From Takakia lepidozioides (taxonomy: Eukaryota > Plantae > Bryophyta): 64,000 nt of DNA. The position numbers were made by a program, and so were the translations under genes. Location: positions 15,438,001-15,502,000 of the forward strand of contig CM060733.1 of NCBI GenBank assembly GCA_030704615.1. Reading direction: 5' to 3'. The notes below the pieces were generated by a model that had not been told where the DNA came from, did no database searches, and saw only the letters and a list, made by a program, of their open reading frames with translations. Of this stretch, positions 12,229 to 23,281 are shown piece after piece; position 1 is the first letter of the stretch; each line of letters begins with the position of its first letter.

Positions 12229-12480
12229 CTTTTTGCTTGGATTGTCCCACCAATGACTAGGGTTGGGAAAATATTCATTCCAGAGCTTCTCCTTGTCTCT
12301 GTTAGCTGTTACTGGATACTCTCCTGCTGCCACATTGGTGAAAATCACTCCAAACCATCACTGATCCACTCAACGAGCTAACTTCCACAATTCAACATGA
12401 AAAATCACGACAGGCAAAACAGGCTGAAATGTGTTAAAGACGAAGGTGCCCTCACCACATTGTCCCTGACCTTGTGTCAT
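12229..12480 (-). CDS. Predicted upstream exons of the PPR-DYW gene (12480-12456 and 12326-12229), encoding the start Met and the first half of the PDF motif
   Basis: ATG ACA CAA GGT CAG GGA CAA TGT G|GTGAGG (phase 1) ... GGCAG|CA GGA GAG ... RDKEKLWNEYFPNPSHWWDNPSKK|GTGAAT (phase 0) ... CCAG|ATT. All junctions are GT-AG and phase-compatible. No transcript evidence. Confidence 0.6.
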
Positions 12481-12489
12481 GAAAGCAGC

Positions 12490-13430
12490 TAGCTTTCCTT
12501 TCAACCATGGAGGATCCAACCAACCATCAACCCAGAAGGACCTCTTGTGTGTGCTGCTTGTGTCTGCAGTCAGGCGATCTCGGATTGGTCTGCGAGGAGA
12601 ACAACCGAACAACCGCAGTGCAAGTGAGCAGCCAAAGATTTAAACGTGGCCTCTTAAGACCAAGCTAACCCTCCCAAGTACCTTATAAACACCAGGAAAA
12701 TACCAAATCATGATAGTAACAGGAAGAGCCCACATTTGCAGGATGGACAAACTTCTTCCACTCGTACATTAAGAAAGCCACACCTTGTGATTGCGTTTGT
12801 CCCATAATTGAGAAGGATATTTAAAAAATTCGTGCCAGCTCTGGTCCATGCTCCACAGTAGACCTTTGTCCGAAAATCCCACCGCATCAACATTTCGAGA
12901 AGTTCCCGAATGGAAGAGTGCTAGTGAGCATTCAACACTATTCATGCAAGTCAGTTTGGGCTCCACTGGACTCTTCACAATGAGGAACATCCAAACATGT
13001 CCAAACTTACACATATGCTAAACCAGCTTATGTGTATGTAGTCTGGAGATTTTGGAGTGGTCCGTGAAAACGACCAGGGATTAGCTGAGCAGCCACAGTA
13101 ACAACAATCCCAAGTACCTTAAACCCGAGGGGAAAGACAAAAGACCTTGCGCATCCTACTTTCCTGCTCAGGAAGAACAACCTCGATACGGACAGTAAAA
13201 GCAGTTTTTGCAAAGCAAAGTGAGATTCTGACTTCACTCAACAAACGTTACAATCCAGTCCACACACTATGATCATACCAAAGTTCAAGCAAACTCCCTT
13301 TGTCATTCTATATGAAGAAAGCTCACCTTGTCAAGGCTGCTATCCCACCATTGTGAAATATCTCACCATTGTGAAGTATCTTTAAAAGAACTCATGCCAG
13401 CGCTCTTCTACGCTCCAGCGTTATCCCAGG
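12490..13430 (-). pseudogene. Two decayed OSB-type PDF repeat units, each split by an intron at the same position
   Basis: Unit a: VEERWHEFF/KDTSQW*DISQWWDSSLDK|GT (exon ends 13327) plus TTPKSPDYIH (from 13061, acceptor now GG). Unit b: SWHEFFKYPSQLWDKRNHK|GT (ends 12784) plus AG|TNPRSPDCRHKQHTQEVL (from 12589), frameshift, then WVDGWLDPPWLKGKL. Confidence 0.75.
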
Positions 13431-13519
13431 CGCCAATTGTACCTATCATACAGCCTTGCCTAGCGATCCCGTGCGCTTTCTTGCATCTTTGCCTAGAGGA
13501 CATTCGTTTCTAGACCATT

Positions 13520-15892
13520 TGCCAGAAGCGATCTTGGCGAAATTTCTCACGTACTTTCGGTAATAGGAGGCGAGTCCTAGGAAGAATCGCATTCCTGGGA
13601 CCAAAGTCGGAGGCTCCCAGTCCAAGATCGTCCTCATCTTTTTGTCATCCATTTTGATCCCATCCTGTGTAATCACATGCCCTAGGAACTCCACTTTTGT
13701 GACCCCGAATTCGTACTTTGAAGCTTTGGCATACATCTTCCCTTCCCGCAATTTCTGGAACACCTTTTTGAGGTGCTCCAGGTGCTCTTCCTTTGTTTTC
13801 GAGTACACCAAGATGTCGTCGATGTACATGATCACAAAGTCATCCAACCACTACTGGAAAAGGTTGTTCATTAGCCTGCTAAAGGTCGCGGGTGCGTTGG
13901 TGAGCCCAAAAGACATCACCAGGAATTCATACGAACCATATCTTGTCCTGCACGCGGTCTTCTCCTCATCTCCTTCTGCCACTCGGATTTGATGGTAGCC
14001 TGAGCGCAAATCAATCCGGCTGAAATACTTCGCTCCTGCCAACCGATCGAAGAGGTCGTCGATCATTGACAAAAGGTACCGGTTTTTTATATTCACTTTA
14101 TTTAGAGCCCTGTAATCGACACACATCCGCAACGTCCCATCCTTCTTGTCTGCGAATAACACCGGGGCTCCGTAAGGTGACTTACTCGGCCGGATGTACC
14201 CCTTTGATATTAGATCCTTGAGCCGAGTCTTCAACTCGACCAACTCTCTGTGGCTCAACCAGTAGGGTGCCTTGGCAGGTGGCACCGTTCCCTGTATCAC
14301 ATCTATTTTGTGGTCAACTCCTCTTCGCGGTGAGAAACCACTTGGTAAATCCTCCGGCATCACATCCTGGTACTCTCCAAGATCCCCTTGATCCAATCTG
14401 GGCTCGGCTCCCTATCGACTTCTCCTTTCACTTGTCTTATGTAAAGCAAAAACTCGGGTTCGTGTGGCTCATCCACGGTCCACTCCTTTGCTGATAGTAG
14501 GTTTATTTGCTCTCCCACTTGGTTGGGCGTTTCCGACACTCGTAACACTTCGCCACCATTCCCACACGGTAGCGTAACTACTCTCTTGCAGTCATCTATG
14601 ACCGCTCCGGATTTGCTCAAAAATGTCATCCAAAAAATGAGATCCACTCCATCGATCTCGCAAATGGTGAAGTTCTCATGTCCCTCCCAACTCCCGAGCT
14701 GAAGAGGAACATCGAACGCCAACCTCGTCGCCAATTGTGGTTCTTCTTTGGCTGAACGCATTTCAATAGAGGCCCCTACATCACTTGTCGGGAGCCCTAG
14801 CTTCCGTGCCGTTGCCGGTGTCATGAATGAGTACGACGCTCCTATATCCACCAACAACGACACATTAGTTCTGGAAATTATCTCACTCACGAACATTAAC
14901 TGACTCCCTTTACGCAATGGGTCAATCTCCTGATACAACTCACAAGGGTAGTTGCCTACCTTGCAACTCTTGGCAACCACCGCTTCCACCAAGCGGCTGA
15001 TGGACTCTTCGGACAGCTCCGTGGTTGCCCGAGTTATGTTCAATTGTCGGGGTTTCGTGCACTTCTTGGCCATGTGTCTGGGCTCCCCGCAATTAAAGCA
15101 CACTCCATTGAAGGCCGCCTTCTGTCCGCCATAAGCCGCCGCGCCTGATTTTCTTTTCGGAGCACCGAGTGCCGCCTTGATGTGTAAAGGAAGACGGAGT
15201 CCCAACCCCATGATGAGGCCGATTTCAAGGACGATCGCGTACTGAACTCTAAGCATGCGCCTAACTCCCAAATTGGCCGCCGGGCCAACTCGGAGCTTCG
15301 GCTGCTCACCGGGACATAATGGTCCCCCTTTGCTCATCCAAAAGACCCTCCACCAATTTGGACCTAGTGGAAATTCCCTTTGGTAGATGGCAGTCTGGAA
15401 TAGCTCCCCACTCTTTGGTTGCTTTCCGGCTCGCTCGCTCACTCACTAGTAGCTTGCACTATTCTCGGGGTTACTACTCCCTATATATACTTCTGTGACT
15501 GTCCGCGGGGGTTTCACAAACAACCCTGCCATTTTATGGCGAACCACCACGAAGACCCTCGACTCCCGGTGATGAGTCGCGGTGAGTCTTGGCCCACCCA
15601 CCACGGCCCCATTGGACCGTGATGAGTCCCAAGTCTCCCCACGACTCCCACCACAAGGTTTCCGCCCCATGGTGAGTCCTATGCCACCCCCACTAAGTCC
15701 CACCAAGCTATCACCACCCCTCATGGAACCACCTCCACCGCAACCTGGTGTGCGGGGCTCCACCTAGTGAGCGCCTCCACCTCCTTGAGTGCATTGGGCA
15801 CTCAAGAGCGCTTCAGCCCCCGTACCTATTGTTGCCACTGCCCCCATCATAGGGGCACCCCCCCCCTGCCCTCAAGGCAAAGGGTCGCGACA
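13520..15892 (-). mobile_element. Degenerate Ty3/gypsy chromovirus-like element: 5' LTR, deleted gag with zinc knuckle, protease and RT; 3'-truncated
   Basis: CFNCGEPRHMAKKC, LVDIGAS protease, [11 protein letters not shown]...[11 protein letters not shown]...[10 protein letters not shown]...YIDDILVYS. Candidate LTR at 15455-15892 (TG...CA on the minus strand, with TATATA). Confidence 0.9.
15455..15892 (-). repeat. Candidate LTR, copy 1 (~438 bp)
   Basis: Direct repeat of 19861-20295. Minus strand begins TGTCGCG and ends GTGCA. Followed by gag. Confidence 0.6.
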
Positions 15893-16339
15893 ATGACAGT
15901 GGGGAACCTTGGTATAAACAATTGTTGGGCTTTCCAGATTTCCTCAACAAAGCCCTTCCCACAGGCATCAATCTGTTGTGTGAGTGGCCCCAAAGATAGA
16001 CCCCAACATGACCAAGGCTTTGGGGCTCATCCTCGAAATTTTTGAAGTTGATGAACATGGCGTGCAGGAACCCTGCTCTTGATGTTCCTGAAGAGGGTTT
16101 GTAGATCATGAGATCATGTCCTTGCTCTTTTCATAGATTGAAAACTAATCTAGGGTAGTTTATGTCTAACCTCATTTTCAAAGGATAGTCTTTGGGCACC
16201 AAACAATATAGTTTTGGACACAACCCCCTCTAGGTCTACTCCCATTGCGAGGATCAGAAATGCTTGGGGGCTTACATGCATGGAGCTGCGATGCTTAGAC
16301 ATCGGGCAATTACATTCTCATTTGCTCTTTGTATGTGTT

Positions 16340-16710
16340 TACTGGTTCATGGTGACCTCGTCAAAGCTGGAAATGTACTAGATGAGGACTAGATGTTAGT
16401 ATGAACACTGCCCTGAAGCCCAACCTGGAGTTATTGCCAATGTGGCAGTAGGAATTATCCAAAAACAGATAACATAGATGTGGAGAAGCTCGTTGGTGAA
16501 TCTATGGTGGTTTTGTAGTGATTTTGACATGTTACTGTAGGTAGGGTTGGGGTGTTTCCTCCTAGAACTTCACGTCGTTAGTGTCAGCGGCTTCAGCTGC
16601 TAGCAGCAAGGCTGAAGATGTATTCATGGTTTGTACACAGGCATGGATACCTGAAGGACCAGGGATAGAGTGTGGATCCAGATTCATAAGAGGGCCGGAT
16701 TTCAAGTGAA
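16340..16710 (+). pseudogene. Scrambled PPR and PDF-exon remnants
   Basis: GTTCATGGTGACCTCGTCAAAGCTGG (VHGDLVKAG), then GCCAATGTGGCAG...GGAGAAGCT, intron-like sequence, and CCAGATTCATAAGAGGGCCGGATTTCAAG (GPDFK). Confidence 0.7.
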
Positions 16711-17489
16711 GAAAAGTACGACATCCAAACAAAGAAGGTTAACACTTTGATAAGGTATGATCTGGACTGAATATGTTGTCTTCATGACTGATGTGAGGCT
16801 TTTCACAGATTCTCACCCCTTTGTCATGGTAGGCATGATGGTACATCCACAAGTTGTAGTGCCTTTGGATGAGAAGCAGACCCCTCACAAAGTATACCGC
16901 TCGTTTTCTCAAAAGCATACCATTTCTTTGCCTGCCAGAATGCTACATTATCCTTTTCACTCTGAAATAGAATCCACTTGTCATGTAGGGTTGGAGTAGC
17001 CCTGCTTGAGTTACCATCACACACTCTCTTATGATGTGGGCGATAACCTGAGATTACCATGATTAATTATTTTCAAGATCTTCATGAACACTTAATCAGC
17101 TGACATGATTGTTGTCAGCTGTGTCAAGTCGTAATCTTGAGCCTACAATGGAACCTCAAGGCTGGCTTGGTAGAGCAGGGACTATTCTCCTTTGAGTGCT
17201 TATCACCTGTATTCTTACCTCTGGGCTTGCAATTTTGTGCAACAAGCTTGAAGAAGGCTTATGTAAGGCTGACAGCTAATTATGATGCATTGGATATGGT
17301 AAACAATATATGTATAATCTAGAATGGTTCTTCTTGTTTGGAACTGGGTTGGTTTGAGAGGTGTTTTGTAACTTTTGTAGTTTGCAAAGTGCTTTTCAGT
17401 TTCATCTATAAACGTGTGTTAAAATGTCTGGCTTTAGTGAACGATTATATTTTGATAGCTTTGATAGTTATGTGCTAATGACTGCTAAT

Positions 17490-17930
17490 GAAGACACCTT
17501 CTTCAATTTCACCCTGTTTTCCCTCTTATCAGAATCACCCTAATTATTCATGTCTAAATTCTGCAAGTTAGTTGGTTGAGTGAAGCTTTGATAGTTTGGA
17601 GTGACTTTGACATGATACTGCCAATGTCACAACGGGAAAGTATCCAGAAACAGGTAATAGAGACAAGGAGAAGCTGTGGAATGAATACTTTTCTTACCCC
17701 AGTCAATGGTGGGACAATCGAGGCAAGAAGGTGATTGCTTGTTGGATTATAGAGAGTAACAGATGCAATTGAGCGTAGGAACTAGTGTGATAAGTTGACT
17801 TTGGTGTTTGCTAGAACAAATCTAGGCTGTCATCATCAGCTGCTAACAGGGAGGCAATGATGTATGCATGATTTGTGCAGATGACATTGATAGTTGAAGG
17901 AGCAGGGATAGATGGTCAAGTGGCAGCAGT
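17490..17930 (+). pseudogene. Isolated PDF-motif exon with flanking intron sequence
   Basis: 17641-17730 encodes YPETGNRDKEKLWNEYFSYPSQWWDNRGKK, followed by GT. The flanks match the introns of the other PDF copies. The second half-motif is mostly deleted. Confidence 0.8.
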
Positions 17931-19511
17931 AATGAGCCTCGCCGCACGCGCAAACGCAGGGAGAACAAGATGAACGTCAATCCGGGGCCTGGAGTCCGGC
18001 GACGAGATGGGTTGGGCTCGAGAATTGCCCACCTGTGAGATGTGTCGCTAAGCTTGGCGGAGGATCAGCAATCGATGGAGGGAACCCCTCCTGCTATCCT
18101 AAACTACCAGCAAACGTAGGTTTCAACTCCTACGCTCACGGGGCAAAATTCGTGTGTTGTCTCATGCAGAATCTACTCCTAGCTAATTGTCTTCCAAGAC
18201 TTCTTTATTACGGTTAACACGGCTTCACCCCAGAGCTTATCGGTGTCCCAGGAAAATCTCCTTCACCTGGAATGACTGCCGCCGGAAGCATTAAGGGCAA
18301 GCCGCTTAGGTCTGGGTTGCTTCACCACCCCCAGATCGCACGTGTGTGCAAAGGGGTCACCTACGTTCCCGCTATCCGAAGGGGAGAGCATGCCCTAGCC
18401 TAGCCAAACGCTCTCTACCTGGACAATATCCCACTGTCGCTATTTGCTAGGGCACTTGGCTATTTTCTAGCAATAGATGTTAATAAGAAAAATATGAAAC
18501 ATACTATCCTAGGGAAGCTCTGATAGTTAGGAAAGAGAGATAAAAATCCTAGATTCATTTACCTCTATTCCTATTTTCTAGTAATTTTCTAAGCAGAAAA
18601 CCCACTTCAAAATTAATTACTGAGGCTGGAAATTCACTAATTCTAGAAAAATAGGCATAAGGTAGGAATTCATCTAAGCTTTCCAATGACCCATGGCTTG
18701 GCCTCTAGATAATTCTCTCCTCCCCCCCCCCCTTCATTGCCAAACAACCATTATCAAGATGTGGAAATCATAAGGAATTGGCCCGATGAGTCCAAACAAC
18801 CCCCTAAATACATAACCCCTAGCCTCTAGGTCCTAGGTTCAAACCCCTCCTAGGGCTAAAATGACTCATCAATCAGCGGATGGAAAACTGCATTTATCAT
18901 CCTACTTGCATCCTACATCCATCCTATGGATGAAATATTGCTTATTCCATCCTCCATCATCCATCCAAGAAAAATCCCTACCCAAGGCCACGTGTCAAAG
19001 ATCCGGTCGTCTCTCTCATTTGAAACCCCAAAAGCCTTGGTTCGATTTTTATGGACTTTCCTCCCTCTTTATCTTGCCGAGGTGTCTCGTGTTACCCCGC
19101 AAAGCCATCTTGGCTCTAAACCATCTCTTATGATTCTAAACGACGGCACCGAAGTGACCTTGGCAGCCCCTTAGAATTCAAGACTAGCCACCAAAAACTC
19201 CCCCTAATGCACCATCCATAAGCTTCAAGCTATATTAGCCTCCCTTAAAAGAATTAAATGGTCACCCCCTTAATCTGGGGGACTGCTGGGTAATGAAATA
19301 TGCCTTTATCCAGCGGTCGCTGGCTTGCCAACCGTTGCGTGGCTCAGCGCCAATGGCTCTAGCGCGGGTCCCGTGTCCTGGTCCAACACTTTAACCAGCG
19401 GATAAAGACTTAAGCCACAAGGTCTAGCAGGGATCTGAACGCGCCCCCGCTGCTCGAGACTGCCGCGCAGACCGTCAGCCATAGGAGCGCCAGTCAACAC
19501 TCTCCCTCTTT
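17930..19511 (-). mobile_element. Candidate long LTR (~1.5 kb) with polypurine tract
   Basis: Minus strand reads AAAGAGGGAGAG (19511-19500) directly followed by TGTTGA at 19499. Non-coding; the left boundary is approximate. Confidence 0.5.
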
Positions 19512-19639
19512 GTCTCGTGGTTCGTGCTTAGTACCATGCAATATCCACTTTGGCTATTGACTTAAGCCCTTGAACCATCATCATGGCTGTCGCGTACCTC
19601 ACTTCGATAAGCTCCCCTTCAAGTCATAGTTAATCGCTT

Positions 19640-21690
19640 TCATGCACGCGCCTAACTCCCAAACTGGCCGTCGGGCCAACTCGGAGTTTCGGCTGCTCAC
19701 CGCGACATAACAGTCCCCCTTTGCTCCTCCACAAGACCCTCTCTCAATTTGGGCCTAGTGGAAATTCCCTTTGGTCGTTGGCAGTCCGGAACAGCTCCCC
19801 ACACCTTGGTCGCTTTCCGGCTCGCACGCTTACTCACTAGTTTTTGGTCACCAACGGGCTTGCACCGTTCTTGGGGTTACTACTCCATATATATACTTCT
19901 GTGACTGTCCGCGGGGGTTTCACAAACAACCATGCCATTTTATGGCGAACCACCACGAAAACCCTCGATTCCCGGTGATGAGTCGTGGTGAGTCTTGGCC
20001 CACCCACCACGGCCCCATTGGACCGTGATGAGTTCCAAGACTCCCCACGACTCCCACCACAAGGTCTCCGCCCCATGGTGAGTCCTATGCCACCCCCACT
20101 AAGACCCACTAAGCTACCACCACCCCTCGTGGAACCACCCCCACCGCAAAGCCGGTGTGCGGGGCTCCACCTAGTGAGTGCCTTGGGCAATCAAGGGTGC
20201 TTCAGCCCTCGCATCTATTGTTGCCACTGCCCCCACCACAGGGGCAACCCCTCTTATGTCCCGACCCCCTGCCCTCAAGGCAAAGGGCCGCGACACACAC
20301 CCCTACCAACAGGGAGTCGATGTCCTCATCGACTTGTCTATTTTGTATAAACGAATAGCCAAGTTGTGGCGTCCCACATCAAGGAGTTTGTTTCCGCACC
20401 ATGGCGTCCCATGGTAAAGAATCAAACCCCTACTTGACTCTACTTTCCACTATCTAAATCGGCCGACTTCCTCCAAGTCCCGGCCAAGGGTGGAGCCTCT
20501 CAAGCTCCTCCCAGTGCACTCTTCTTGGCCCACTTCAGGGCCAAAGAACGATCCTCCCCGAGGATCGAATCGCCTTACTGCAACAATATTTGCTTGCGAC
20601 CGCTCGTGATGCTGCTTTTGGCATCACCTTGAGCAAGGGTTTGCCTTGAACCCTTTTTGACTAGGAAGATAACCTTGAACCAACCATGCGCCCCAATCAC
20701 TACAATTAGGTCCGCCTTAGAATACTGGCCTGAGGTACGGGAACACGCCGAAGCCGCACTACAACTTCGTCCCGAGGCTACACGATTATAGTACGTGAAT
20801 GGAAGCACGTAGCTTCCGCGTTAGCCCGCACTACAAGGCAACCCCCTCGGTAATGCAATTATAGTACGCGCACGCGCCAGGTGCGCACTAGCACGTGAAC
20901 TCCCAACGAAGGTGCAAGTTTCTTTGCCCCTTGGATGGGAGTCACCCGATTTCGGCACTACGCAAACACACGATTAATCCAATTTACCTCTATCACTTTG
21001 TAAGCTAGCATGCATTCTACACACTAGCCAACCATACCATGCATCACCATTCCAAACAAAATAGGACGCACAACATTTGGAAACCATTTCATTTATAACA
21101 AAATTTGTATAATGCAAGTTTTTGCAATCGGATTCCTGAGCTAGCTAAACCGGGCTAAGCATGCATTTCCTCCACCACGGTCCAAGGTTGATGTCCCCAT
21201 CAACGCTTCTTCTGCTTTTGAGGTCGTCCTTCGAAAGCTGCAACCACCTCGGATGCGTTTCCCATTTCTGAGGCACATACCCAAGATGCCTCCACATGAT
21301 GATAGCCCTTCCATTTCACGAGATACTCCGTTTCTCGATTCTTGAACCTCCTCGACTTAAGCACTGTCTGCACCTCGTACTCAGGTTCATTTTCATGATC
21401 CAACAGCACAGGTGGCGGACGCAACACTTGATGTCGATTCGGACGCGCTTCATCTTTGAAGTAAGGCTTCAAAAAGGAGACGTGGAATATCGGATGCACC
21501 TTGCTGTTTGCCGGCAACTCCAATTCATACACATCCTCATTCATAACTTTCCGGATGCGAAAAAGTCCCGCATACGGAGGTACGAACTTCGGACTCACTT
21601 CCGGAGGTAGTCGAAATTTTTTGATGTTCAACCAGACTTCCGTGCCTGCCTCAAACTTAACCTCCCTCCGCTTCCGATTCGCCTGCCATT
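19640..21690 (-). mobile_element. Chromovirus remnant: integrase C-terminus plus chromodomain, 3' UTR, LTR copy 2 (19861-20295), start of a following gag
   Basis: 21200-21631 reads KFVPPYAGLFRI...VHPIFHVSFLKP...EYEVQTVLKSRR...EYLVKWKGY...ASW. 19640-20295 repeats 15255-15892. Confidence 0.85.
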
Positions 21691-23281
21691 CATACCATTG
21701 CCTGGAATTGCGAGATTGTTGTCAACCGAGTCGTTGAAAGAATAACCTAGTGGGTAATTTGTCATTGAGGTCAAGCTCTCCTAACTCTGCTTGAATAACG
21801 ATCGGATGTTGAGGAGAGGAATAGGCAGACTGTTGCCTGTAGTCATTTTAATCGGCCCTAGATGTCCGAACGGTCGACTGGAATCGTACGCCCTGCTGCT
21901 CTCTGCAGGTACCCTAGTCATATAAACTCGTGAGCGCTTTGGCTTCATGGACGTCGCAAACATCTTCCATTTGTGGGCCATGCCAGTAGCTGTGTTGATG
22001 TTTCACCATTTCCGATACAAATGGTCATGTTTCGTTGCTGTCTGTATACAAATCGGCTCTCATAGCTCAAAAACACTCAAAAAACAATCTGCGCGGTTTT
22101 TAATGCACCTACAAGCAGCGACACAATTTATAAAATCAGACACTGCTAATGAAGGCATCTTTAACACATTTCACCTTGTTTTTCTTTCTTATCAGATTCG
22201 GCCCTAAATTTCCATGTGAGGTTTACTATTTCATGAGTAGAAACCATGAGCCATGAGTCATGAGCCGCATGAGCGGTGAGCCGAAGTCTAAGACACGCGG
22301 TTTTCATGAGCAGACTCCTCCAAATTTGGAAATGCGGCAGATTAAAAATATATTAAAATAATAGTTTTTTAATTTGACCTTGCCATTTTTGGAAGTTCCA
22401 GATCCTATAATGCGGCGAAGATATGTCGTCAGTGACAATTCCGCTCATGGTTTTTTAGATCCGCTCATGGAAATGAGTGACCGTGCAACGAGAAATCCAG
22501 TATACCACAGCAAAATGACGCCGCATACTGGCATGTATAGACTATTCCGCGGTTTTATATGCCTTAACATTGGAATGAAGCTGACCCTTCTACCGCGATT
22601 GTATGATCATCATGCACCAATAGATTGCAGTATTTCAAAATTTTGTCTTCTTCCTATATTCGGCAGGAAAGATTTGCGACTCAACTGGAAAATGCGGTGC
22701 CGCATTACGGTTCACACGTGCAAGATTTCTGGGGGGTTCGTTGTTGGCGATGGTCGGCTCCCTGAAGACTCGGTCCGACTATCTTACTATGATGAAGGCC
22801 GCAACTACCAGTACACCTACGACGTTACTTGGAAATGCGGCGCCGCATTTCCTTGCAGGGGTCGAATGATGATTGCAAATTTGGGATAGCATAAAAACGG
22901 GAACCCTCCAACAAACAAAAATACAAGCACGTGGAAAAAAGAAGTGAATGACATAGTATTATCGATGTTCGAGCAAAACATGTTACTGGTAGGCAAGACA
23001 TAAGTCGAACGTTTCTATGGCAAAAGTCAGAGGTACTTGCAGCAGTACAGTTCTACTATAACTGAAACTCCAAAAAGAATGGGCGCCCGCAAGCCAGGGT
23101 ATACCCTCCATAAATGCACTGTGCACAACGTGCAAGACAATGATCATACAACCCCAAATTAACAAGATATTTCACAGATCAGACAGATACCAGTGAGGCA
23201 ATTATCGGCAAATGCAGCTGCGCAATAAGGCTCCAGCAGTAGCATCACTCGGTAGCCCACCTGTGCACCTCCCCAAACAGT

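Noticed and set aside
13028-13237. ORF resembling a mitochondrial transit peptide for the PPR gene
   Set aside because: It starts at GTG, ends in a stop, and lies mostly within the intron of decayed PDF unit a.
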